Part shown: piece by piece, positions 22,526 through 34,000 of the stretch | How the letters are laid out: every line of letters starts with the position of its first letter | Numbering within the stretch: the first letter of the stretch is position 1 | From: Leucoraja ocellata | Lineage: Eukaryota | Assembly (NCBI GenBank): GCA_036785375.1 | Contig: JAWMAR010001278.1 | Location: 186,001-250,000 of the forward strand | DNA length: 64,000 bases | Reading direction: 5' to 3' | Notes under the pieces: model-generated | Seen by the model: the letters and a program-made list of their open reading frames with translations, nothing else | Told to the model about the DNA's origin: nothing | Database searches by the model: none | Position numbers and translations under genes: made by a program

Positions 22526-23445
22526 TGCGTTCAAGGTCTTGAGACGGAGGAGGACCCGTGGGAAATGCTCTGGAGCACTCACCCGACGAGGATCACGCAC
22601 ACCACTCCCGAGCATATTCCTGGCAAACATACATTCTCTCAAGAACAAAGTGGACGAACTGCAACTCCTGCATCCGACATACAAGGACTTCTCTTGAGCT
22701 GCTGCCCTGTGTTTCACCGAGACCTGGCTTTGTATCACACTGTATCATCATATGTCAGCTTTTGCGAGGACAGTTGCATTCCAACTAACACCCGGACATG
22801 GTCCAACAGCAACAAGCCCTGGTTCACTGCAGAACTCAGACAGCTCCGGCGGTCTAAAGAGGAGGCCTACAGGAGCGGGGATGCAGACCTCTACAGGCAG
22901 GCCAAGTACAAGCTGACAAGAGGAATCAGAGCTGCCAAGGAAAGGTACTCTGAGAAATAGCGGAGCAAGTTCTCAGCTAGTGACTCTTCTTCAGTTGGGA
23001 GGGGCATGAAATTACCAGCTACAAGAGGGAGGTCCCTGCTCTTTGACCAACGACCTGAATGAGTTTTACTGCAGGTTTGAAAATCGGAAACGTAACCCCA
23101 ACCAACACAGCCAGACCCCAGTCTGCAAAGAATCGACCCTGCACCCTCTCCTTCCCATTCACCACTTCACACCTACTTAAGGCAAGACTGCAGTCTGAAA
23201 AGACTGGACCATTTCCCACTCCAACCAACACTTCACACCCACTCACAGTCTGACCTCAGTCTGCAAAGACTGGGCCCTTCTACACCCACAACAAAGGTCT
23301 ATACAGACATTTTTAACCAGTCCCTGCAAACATGTACTGTTCCTGCCTGCTTCAAAGTCTCCACTATTCTCCCTGTACCCAAAAAGGCAAGGACTACTTG
23401 TCTTAATGACTACAGGCCTGTCGCACTGACCTCTGTAGTCATGAA

Positions 23446-24843
23446 CAAAGATCCTATAGATAGATATTAGATATGCCATTTATTGTCACTATACATGTAC
23501 AGTGAAATTGAAAGCTGCTCGTACTCAGTGCATACATATAATTTAGTACAAAAAACAAGAAACAGAAAAACAAAAAACAGAAGGGAGAAGGGGGGGGGGG
23601 GGATAGGTGCACAAATCGCCCTATATGATTGCACTATAGCAAAGCAAGATGGATTACTCTCACGCAAACGTGAGGTACGCTCATGGGCGGATTCATGGGT
23701 GATTATAGGACACATTTTAGCAACCTGACTCCGCCATCTTGTTCCGCCATCTTGCTCCGCTTTCTTGCTCCCGCCTTCTTGCTTCCAGCCAAAGATTGGA
23801 TCCGCAGCGAGGAGAAGGAGTGCGGGGCCCGGGGCAGCGGGGAGAGAGAGTGCGGGGCAGCGGGGAGAGAGAGTGCGGGGCCCGGGGCAGCGGGGAGAAG
23901 GAGTGCGGGGTCCGGGGCAGCGAGGAGAGAGAGTGCGGGGCAGCGGGGAGAGAGAGTGTGGGGCCCGGGGCGGCGAGGAGAGAGAGTGCGGGGTCCGGGG
24001 CAGTGAGGAGAGAGAGTGCGGGGCAGCGGGGAGAGAGAGTTCGGGGCCCGGGGCGGCGAGGAGAGAGAGTGCGGGGTCCGGGGCAGCGAGGAGAGAGAGT
24101 GCGGGGCAGCGGGGAGAGAGAGTTCGGGGCCCGGGGCGGCGAGGAGAGAGAGTGCGGGGTCCGGGGCAGCGGGGAGAGAGGCATAGGAGGGGGGACATTG
24201 TAGTAAGGGGGCAGGCGAGAGAGTGCCGGGGGGGATAAGGCCTAGGTGTGTGTGAAGTTGCAGGGAGTTTTACAATGTTTCTTATTTACAATGTTTCTTA
24301 TTTAATGTCCCTTGTCTAGTCTGAAATAAAGTTCATTATTGGATTAGAAGAAATATAATTGTGTGTGTGTTATATACATTTATATAATTTTCATGTATGT
24401 GTGTTTATAAACATTTTATTCTTTAACAAGAATCAACAGAATTATGAACCAACAGAATTATGAACCTAACCCTATATCACGCACAAAAAGTCCCCCCCTG
24501 TCAATCACCCTGCGAGTCGGGTCGGTTCCGGTTACTACAAAATCAACTCAAACACTGCTTGTGAGCCATTTAAAAAGAAATGATTTAAAAAACATTAAAA
24601 AAGACAATTACCAGAATCAAATTTTATTCTTGACAAGAAGTTGAACTGACAGATTTATGAATCTGACCCACACAAACTGTTGCCCCGCAACATTGATTAC
24701 AGTGCGAGTCGGGTCGGGTCAGGTAGGCTCAGGTTGCTAAAATGGGCGTGGAAAAATGCCCATGATCCCCTCCATAGCGTACTACACGTCAGTCCATTGC
24801 ACTTAGCAGGAGTAGTCTATCTTGCTTTGCTATAGGAACTTTG
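23446..24843. mobile_element. Non-autonomous TIR element (P- or hAT-type) carrying a GC-rich minisatellite (23803-24180)
   Basis: 8-bp TSD GTCATGAA (23438-23445, 24844-24851). TIR CAAAGATCCTATAGCAAAGCAAGAT, with the left copy split by a LINE-tail insert at 23460-23633. 16-bp subterminal inverted repeats at 23713-23728 and 24729-24744. Confidence 0.85.
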
Positions 24844-25314
24844 GTCATGAAGACACTTGAAAGGCTTATGCTGGCCAAGTTCAAAAATATCACGATCCCC
24901 CTGCTGGACCCTGTGCAGTTTGCATATCGGGCCAATAGATCTGTGGATGATGCAGTCAGCCTGGGCCTGTATTTCATCCTACAGCTCCTAGACCGCCATG
25001 GGACCTATGCGAGGATCTTATTTGTTTATTTTAGCTCTGCATTCAACACCATTGTGCCAGCGCTATTACACTCCAAACTTTCATAGTTGACTGTGCGTGA
25101 ACCCTTCTGTGGGTGGATCACCAGCTTCCTGACAGACAGGAAGCAGCATGTGTGGCTGGGAAAGCACATCTCGGACCCGCAAACGCTCAGCATAGGAGCA
25201 CCGCAAAGCGCTCTCCTCTGCTCTCTCTACACCAACGACTGCACCTCCACTGACTCCTCTATCAAGCGTCTCAAGTTTGCATATGACACAACCCTGATTG
25301 GACTGATTCAAAAT

Positions 25315-25953
25315 AGAAACATAGAAACATAGAAATTAGGTGCAGGAGTAGGCCATTCGGCCCTTCGAGCCTGCACCGCCATTCAATATGATCATGGCTG
25401 ATCATCCAACTCAGTATCCCGTACCTGCCTTCTCTCCATACCCCCTGATCCCCTTAGCCACAAGGGCCACATCTAACTCCCTCTTAAATATAGCCAATGA
25501 ACTGGCCTCAACTACCCTCTGTGGCAGAGAGTTCCAGAGATTCACCACTCTCTGCGTGAAAAAAGTTCTTCTCATCTCAGTTTTAAAGGATTTCCCCTTT
25601 ATCCTTAAGCTGTGACCCCTTGTCCTGGACTTCCCTAACATCGGGAACAATCTTCCTGCATCTAGCCTGTCCAACCCCTTAAGAATTTTGTAAGTTTCTA
25701 TGAGATCCCCTCTCAATCTTCTAAATTCTAGAGAGTATAAACCAAGTCTATCCAGTCTTTCTTTATAAGACAGTCCTGACATCCCAGGAATCAGTCTGGT
25801 GAACCGTCTCTGCACTCCCTCTATGGCAATAATGTCCTTCCTCAGATTTGGAGACCAAAACTGTACGCAATACTCCGGGTGTGGTCTCACCAAGACCCTG
25901 TACAACTGCAGTAGAACCTCTCTGCTCCTATACTCAAATCCTTTTGCAATGAA
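25315..25953 (-). mobile_element. Young 5'-truncated CR1, same subfamily as 16091-17220
   Basis: Near-identical C-terminal ORF ending GYGEKAGTGY; (CATAGAAA)n tail. A shorter copy lies at ~28667-28961. Confidence 0.9.
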
Positions 25954-26812
25954 GGATGGGGAGGAATCTGCCTGCAGACAGGAAGTGTCACAGCTGGTGT
26001 CCTGGTGCCATCGCAACAACCTGGAGCTCAATGCTCTTAAGACAGTGCAATTGATTGTAGACTTTAGGAGAGCTCCCCCTCCCCTCACCCCACTCGCCAT
26101 CAACAACACCACAGTCACATCTGTGGAGTCTTTTAAGTTCCTGAGAACCATCATCTCCAAGGACCTTAAGTGGGGGGCTACCATCGACCCCACAGTCAAA
26201 AAGGTACAACAGAGGATGTACTTCCTACGGCAGCTGAGGAAGCACAATCTGCCACTGGCAATAATGGTCCAATTCTACACGGACGTCGTAGATTTTGTTC
26301 TCACCTTCTCCATCATGGTCTGGTTTGGCTCAGCCACCAAGCACCACACCTGGAGGCCGCAGCGAATCGTCCGATCAGCTGAGAAGGTTATTGGCTGCAA
26401 CCTTCCCTCCATTGATGAACTGTACACTGCAAGGGCCAGGAAGCGAGCGGGCAAGATCACCTCTGACCCCTCTCACCCTGGCCACATACTCTTTGAATCA
26501 CTTCCCAAAAATCTGTAGCCTCCCTTTGATCTGGTATTTTGTTGGCTCACATGCTTGATCAATGGTGTTTTATCATTAATGTTTTATTATTATTAATGTT
26601 TAGTGTTTTCTGAGTTATTCGTAACTGTCACTGTATGTCATGTTGTTACTTGTGGGCAGAGCACCAAGGCAAATTCCTTGTATATGGAAACATGACCAAT
26701 AAACTTATTTACTTACTTACTTAACCGTTTGCTGATAAAAGAATACTTCCTTATTTTACTTCCGTTTTCAGATGCTAATCTACCGTTCTACACATTTGTG
26801 TTCTCCACACAG

Positions 26813-26888
26813 TGACGGCCGCTGAGGATGAGGACACTGGCTCCCTGAGTGTTTGTCAGTCGATACTCGACCAGCGGACAGAACCCAG
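26813..26888 (+). other. Candidate 5' non-coding exon of the Siglec-like gene
   Basis: Unique island bounded by ttctccacacag and gtacgt. Upstream motifs: TGATAA 26733 and ETS ACTTCC(G) at 26745 and 26758. The ATG exon has its own acceptor at 30988, implying an upstream exon. Confidence 0.45.
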
Positions 26889-29011
26889 GTACGTAATTCC
26901 GTGTCTGTCGCTCGTTCCCACGAACAACCACCAGTTCAGCTGAGTTGCGACTTTGTGCAGAGTCTGATCACTGAAATACTTTGTGTATTAAGGTAACTGC
27001 AGATGCTGGTTCACACCAAAGATAGACACAAAGCGCTGGAGTAACTCAGCGGGACAAGCAGCATCTCTGGAGAATTTAGTTTAGTTTATTGTCACGTGCA
27101 CTGAGTTACAGGGAAACGCCTTTGTTCCAAGCTAACCAGTCATAGAGGGAAGACAACACATGTTTACAATCAAAGATAGACACAAAATGCTGGAGTAACT
27201 CAGCGGGACAAGCAGTATCTCGTCTTGACCTGAAGTGTCACCCATTTCTTCTATCCAGAGTCTATAGATATGGAAGGGTAAGGTGTGAAAACCCATTCCT
27301 TCTCTCAGGAGATGCTGCCTATCCCGTTGAGTTAAGCCAGCATTTTGTGTCTAACCGGTTTAAACCAGCATCTGCAGTTCCATCCGACACATGATTACAA
27401 TTGTTCCATTTACGGTGTACAGATAGGGGAATAGTGTTTAGTGCAAGATAAAACCAGAAAAGTCTGATCAAGGATAGTCCGAGGGTCATCAAAAAGGTAG
27501 ACAGTAGTTCAGTGCTGCTCTCTGGTTGTGGTTGGATGATTCAGTTGGGCAGAAACTGTCTCGGAATCTGAGAATCAGAGAGAAGGAATGGGTGATGTTT
27601 TGGGTTTGAGACCGTCTTTCAGACTGAAAGTCAGGTGAGGGGGAGGCACAGAGATAAGGAAGCGAAAGGTGTGAAAACAAGGCAAAGAGAATGAGGTTGA
27701 ATGAAAATGTAGAATAGATCATTGTTAGCTAGGAGAAGGTGACAACGAAGCAAACAGAGATAAGATTTAATCAAGGGGACGTCAGACTGGTTGTAGAATA
27801 GGAAAGGGGAGGGATGGAGAAAGAGGGAAAGCAAGGCTACGAAGTTAGAGAAGTAGATAATCGTACGGATGTAAGTTGCCCAAGCGTAAAATGAGGTGCT
27901 GTTCCCCAATTTGCGTTGGGCCTGACTCTAACAGTGAAGGTGGCCCAGGACAGAAAGGTATTTCTGTGTCTCCATCTCCCATGACTCTCACTATGTATTG
28001 TACTCAATATTGTGAGCAATTTGGGGCCCCATATCTGAGGAAGGATGTGCTGGCTCTGGAGAGGAGGTTTACATGAATGATCCCAGGAATGAGTGGGTTA
28101 ACATATAATGAGCGTTTGATAGCACTGGGCCTGTACTCGCTGGAGTTTAGAAGAATGAGGGGGGGACATGTAGAATAATGAAAGGCTTGGATAGAGTGAA
28201 CGTGGAGAGGATGTTTCCACTAGTGGGAGAGTCTAGGATTAGAGATTACAGCCTCAGAATTAAAGGATGTTCTTTTAGGAAGGAGATGAGGAAGGACATC
28301 TTCAGTCAGAGGGTGGTGAATCTGTGGAATTCTTTGCCACAGTAGACTGTAGAGGCTAAATCAGTGGATTATTTAAGGCAGAGATGGATAGATTCTTGAT
28401 TTGTACTGGTGTCAGAGGTTATGGGGAGAAGGCAGGAGAATGGGGTTAGGAGATAAAGATAGGTCTGCAATGATTGAATGGTGGAGCAGACTTGATGGGC
28501 CGAATGGCTTAATTCTGCTCCTATCACTTATGACCTTATACAGTACGACCAGCCTGGGTTGCGTGCAAACACTGAATTCTGGTACACATGGCAATTATAC
28601 AATCATACCAATAGATGGGCTGAAAAAAGGGCTGGCATGGACATGGTGGGCCAAAGGACCTGTTGCATAGAAACATAGAAACATAGAAATTAGGTGCAGG
28701 AGCCTGCACCGCCATTCAATATGATCATGGCTGATCATCCAACTCAGTATCCCGTACCTGCCTTCTCTCCATACCCCCTGATCCCCTTAGCCACAAGGGC
28801 CACATCTAACTCCCTCTTAAATATAGCCAATGAACTGGCCTCAACTACCCTCTGTGGCAGAGAGTTCCAGAGATTCACCGCTCTCTGTGTGAAAAAAGTT
28901 CTTCTCATCTCGGTTTTAAAGGATTTCCCCCTTATCCTTAAGCTGTGACCCCTTGTCCTGGATCTTGGATGGAGCTGTTCCCAAAGCAAGCTGCGATGCA
29001 TCCTGATACGA

Positions 29012-29810
29012 TCTATCTTCTGTCTACACTATTACTAAAACTCTCATCTTGACCACTTCCCCTCTGTGTTGTTTTTAAATTTGCTCAAAAACGGTTCAGA
29101 TGTCGCCCGTCCAGAAGCTGCCGAGAATAAAGCTGAAGCAGCAGAGTGTGGGCTGTTGACCCCCTCCCACACCCCCCCTCCCCTACACCCCCCTCCCCTA
29201 CACCCCCTCCCCTACACCCCCTCCCCCACACCCCCCTCCCCTACATCCCCCACTCCTACACCCCCTCCCCTACACCCCCATCCCCTACACCCCCTCCCCT
29301 ACACCCCCTCCCCCACACCCCCCTCCCCTACACCCCCTCCCCTACACCCCCCACTCCTACACCCCCTCCCCTACACCCCCCCTCCCCTACACCCCCCTCC
29401 CCTACACCCCCCTCCCCCACACCCCCCTCCCCCACACCCCCTCCCCTACACCCCCCTCCCCTACACCCCCCTCCCCCACACCCCCCTCCCCTACACCCCC
29501 TCCCCTACACCCCCCTCCCCTACACCCCCTCCCCTACACCCCCTCCCCTACACCCCCCTCCCCTACACCCCCTCCCCTACACCCCCTCCCCTACACCCCC
29601 CTCCCCTACATTCCCCCTCCCACACCCCCTCCCCTACACACCACCCTCCCCTACATTCCCCCTCCCACACCCCCTCCCCCACACACCACCCTCCCCTACA
29701 CCCCCCTCCCCTACACCCCACTCCCCTACACCCCCCTCCCCTACACCCCCCTCCCCTACACCCCCGCCCCCATAAACCCCCTCCCCACACACCCCTTCCC
29801 CCTTCATTCC
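29012..29810 (+). mobile_element. Helitron-family 5' segment with C-rich minisatellite, 3' end missing
   Basis: A|TC...CTATTACTAAAACTCTCATCTTG matches the 5' end of 38393-39659; (CCCCTACAC)n-type array at 29160-29800. Confidence 0.7.
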
Positions 29811-31030
29811 AATGACGTGCAGGTTTGTAGGCTAATTGGCTTGGCAACATTGTAAATTGTCCCTAGCGTGTGTAGGATGGTGTTAGTGTGCGGGAGATCG
29901 CTGGTCGGCACAGACTCGATGGGTCGAAGGGCCTGTTTCCACGTTGTATCTCTAGACTAAACACAGAACTAGTGTGTGAACGGGTGATCGATGGTCGATG
30001 CGGGCACGGTGGGGTAAAGGTCCAGTTTCCGTGTTGTATCTCAAAAAGTAAACATAGAACTAGTGTGTGAAGTGGTCGGCATGGTCTGTGGGCCGTGGGA
30101 GCCTGTTTCTGTGCTGTATCTCTAAACTAAACTAAGCTCTGAGCAATTTCTTGTGGTCTTGGGCAGAGCTGGTCCCAAACCAAAGTGTAATGCAACCTAA
30201 CCGTGTTCTTTCACAGTTCATGTGGAGAAGTTGGTGTGAGTCACTGGAGAAATGCTGAACTTCCTTCATCTTTTGAGCAAGATGAGACATCAGTTGCTTT
30301 ATTGACCACAGCTTCAATGTAGTTGGTGCAGCGTATGCTGTTGGTGATATTTACAGACATGTGATAGGAGCAGAATTAGGCCATTCAGCCCATCAAATCT
30401 ACTCCGTCTTTTAATCATGGCTGATCCATCTCTCCCTACTAATCCCATTCTCCTGCCTTCTCCCTATAACCCGTGACACCCGGACAAATTCACAATCTAT
30501 CATTCTCTGCCTCAACAATATCCACTGACTGGGCCGCCACAGCCTTCTGTGGCAAAGAATTCCACAGATTCACCACCCTCTCACTAAGGAAATTCCTCCT
30601 CATCTCCTTCCTAGAACAACGTTGAATTCTGAGCCTATGACCCTCCCAGTAGTGGAAAAGTCCTTTCCACATCCACTCTATCCAAGCCTTTCACTATTCG
30701 GTAAGTTTCAATGTGGTCCTCCCTCATTCTTCTAAACTCCAGCTAGTACAGACCCAGTGCTGACAAACACTCTCATATGTAAACACACTCATTCCTGGGA
30801 CCATTCCTGTAAACCTCCTCTGGACCCTCTCCAGAGCCAGCACATTCTTCATCAGGTGCGGGGCTCAAAAGTGCTCACAATATTCCAAATGCGGCCTCAC
30901 CAGCGCCTCATGGAGCCTCAGCATTGCATCCATGTTGCTTAATGTATATTGGTCGCTGGAGTTTTACTGCAATAACTTTCTCTTCCAGACCGGGAGATCG
31001 GGTAACTGACGGGATATCTGGGATCGGACA

Positions 31031-31070
31031 ATGATCGGGAGATCGTTCTTCCTCCTCTCCCTTCTCCAAG
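31031..31070 (+). CDS. Siglec-like exon: signal peptide MIGRSFFLLSLLQ
   Basis: Acceptor ttccag ends at 30988, ACAATG start, phase-1 donor gtacca. Confidence 0.75.
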
Positions 31071-34000
31071 GTACCATCAGCAGCAACTCAGAAGTGTTTA
31101 CGGGGAGTGATGCATTGGGGGAGGGGCGGTGCGGAGGGAGTGATGCCCTGGGGGAGGGGCGGTGAGGAGGGAGTGATGCACTGGGGGAGGGGCGGTGAGG
31201 AGGGAGTGATGCACTGGGGGAGGGGCGGTGAGGAGGGAGACTCTACCACTACGCCACCATGCTGCTCTTCTACGCTCTGTTCACACCGGGTCCACAGCGC
31301 AGGATAAACGGTGTGGGAAGTCCAGTGAACTGACAGGGTGTTCACTGCTAAAGATTGTTCCTTCTCTCCTCAGCCGTGATGTCGGGAGAGTGGAGTGCGT
31401 GGTATCCCGAAGCCGTGACAGCGCAGAATGGTTTGTGTGCACGGATTCCGTGTAACTACTCGTACCCGTCGAATCTGAACAGTAAACCACGGACTGGAAT
31501 CTGGTTTAACAGTGGGTCGCTCAATAATCCTGCAGACTTCCACTCCGGGAATCCCAGTCTAGAATCAACAAAGTTACAGCATCGGACCCGGCTGTCAGGA
31601 GACCTGATAGACAACGACTGTTCCCTGGTGATAGACAACGTCACGCCGCAAGATGAAGGTCGTTATTTTTTCAGAGTTGAATTCGGAGGGGAAAATAATT
31701 ACAGCTTCCACACTGTAACACAGCTCAGTGTTAGTGGTAAGTGCTCTGTATAATTCACTCATTCATTCAACAGTTTCTCCCAGCTGTTATCAGGCAACTG
31801 AACCAACCTACCACAACCAGAGAGCAGTGTTGAACTCCTGTTGACCTCACTGGTGACCCATCGGACTATCCTTGATTGGACTTTGCTGGCTTTACCTTGC
31901 ACTAAACGTTATTCCCTTATCATGTATCCATACACTGCAAATGGCTCGATTGCAATCATGTATAGTCTTTCTGCTGAGGCAGATTGTAGTTCAGGACCGC
32001 TCCCTGGTTGTGGTAGAATGATTCAGTTGCCTGATAACAGCTGGGAAGAAACTGTCCCTGAATCTGGAGGTGTGCGTTTTCACACTTCTATAACTAGTAA
32101 AAACATCTTTGCTCGTGTGGGACTGGGATTTCAATGTGAACCGATGTATCCAGTGATATTTAACTAACAGTATTTGTTTTTCTGTGTGTTAGATTTCACG
32201 GATAAACCCACGATATTCCCTGCTGAATTGGTGGCAGGAAAGCCTGTGGACATGACCTGCTTCTTCACCACCACGTGTGATGGACCGGCACCCACCTTAA
32301 CCTGGGTCACCCCCGCTGATGAACCACCGTCAACCTCACACAGCGTAACTCAGAAGGGTGACACTCTGACATATACTTCTGTTCTGTCCCTGACCCCAGC
32401 GCTCAAACATCACGGACAAAACCTCACGTGCAGAGTCACATACCCAACTGTGTCATCGGAGCAGACCCTCACACTGACTGTGGAATGTAAGTACGGAGAT
32501 CGTTTATTGTGCAGGAACATCAATAATCTATTAGCAGTGCTGGTATATAAGGTCATAGACGATAGGTGCAGAATTAGGCCATTCAGCCCATCAACTCTAC
32601 TCTGCCATTCAATCATGGCTGATCAATCTCTCTCTCCTAACCCCTTTCGTCTGCCTTCTCCCCATATCTTCTGACCCCTGCATTAATCAAATCAAAAGCT
32701 GGAGAAACTCAGCAGCATATCAGGAGAGAAGGAATGGGTGATGTTTCGGGTCGAGAGCCTTCTTCAGACTGAAAGTTACAGGAAAGGGAAACAAGAGATA
32801 TAGACGATGATGTGGAGTGATGTATGACCTACCTGATCTCCTGGTTGCTAAACACATTAATTCTCCATTCCCATTCCCACACTGAACTTTCTGTCCTCGG
32901 ACACCACTATTGTCAGAGTGAGGTTAAATGCAAATTGGAGGATCAGCATCTCATATTTTGCTTGGGCAGTTTACAGCCCAGTGGTATGTATATTGATTTC
33001 TCTAACTTCAGGTAGCCCCGGCATTCCCTCTCTCTCCATCCCTCCCCCACCCAAGTCTCATCAGCTTCTTGTTCTCACCCAACAAACAGCTAACAACGGC
33101 CTGTTCCCTTTATCATCGTTAACTTTTTGCATATCTTTCATTCTTTGTTCTATATGTCCCTACACCATCGTCTATATCTCTCATTTCCCTAAACATAGAA
33201 CTAGTGTGTGAATGTGTGATCGATGGTTGGCGCGGACTCCGTGGGCTGAAGGGCCTATTTCCACAGTGTATCTCTACAGTCTGAAGACTAAAGTCTTTTA
33301 CAAGGATCAACGAAAGTGCCGCAAAACTGGTTGCTGAATGTTATCTGTTTGCAGACGCCCCCCAGAATCTCTCAATCACTTCCCCCGACAATGTGAACAA
33401 TTCCTGGGTCAGTATAAAGGAAGGAAACTCTGCAGCGATCCTCAGCTCCCTCCAGAGTTTCCCAGCGTCTAACCTGATGTGGAGACATCGGTGTCACACT
33501 GAACACAACATGTTCCAGCAACGAGCTGTGGATGGACATAGACATAACCATAGAAAATAGGTGCAGGAGGAGGCCATTCGCCCCTTCGAGCCAGCACCAC
33601 CATTCATTGTGATCATGGCTGATCGTCCCCCATCAATAACCCGTGCCTGTCTTCACCCCATATCCCTTGATTCCACTAGCCCCAAGAGCTCTATCTAACT
33701 CTCTTAAATCCATCCAGTGACTTGGCCTCCACTTCCCTCTGTGGCAGGGAATTCCACAAATTCACAACTCTCTGGGTGAAAACGTTTTTTCTCACCTCAG
33801 TCTTAAATGGCTTCCCCTTTGTTCTAAGACTATGGCCCCTGGTTCTGGACTCGCCCAACATTGGGAATATTTTTCGTACATCTACCTTGTCCAGTCCTTT
33901 TATGATTTTATACGTTTCTATAACATATCCCCTCATCCTTCTAAACTCCGGTAAATACAAGCCTAGTCTTTTCAATTCCCTCAGCTGACAGGGAAGGACG

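Larger units (their letters stand above)
22526..26722 (+). mobile_element. Rex1/Babar LINE (linker-RT-3' end) split by a MITE and a CR1
   Basis: NKPWFT..EAYRSGD; [11 protein letters not shown]|VMKTLER; QFAYRANRSVDDA; C-terminal DPSHPGH; (ACTT)n tail. Confidence 0.8.

Noticed and set aside
23467-24238. Overlapping repetitive ORFs on both strands, or an array-like repeat
   Set aside because: GC-rich minisatellite inside a MITE; no unique spacers, so not CRISPR-like and not coding.
29066-29815. Long Pro/His-rich ORFs (also 38393-39288 and 63016-63862)
   Set aside because: Translations of C-rich minisatellites or low-complexity DNA, open in several frames.
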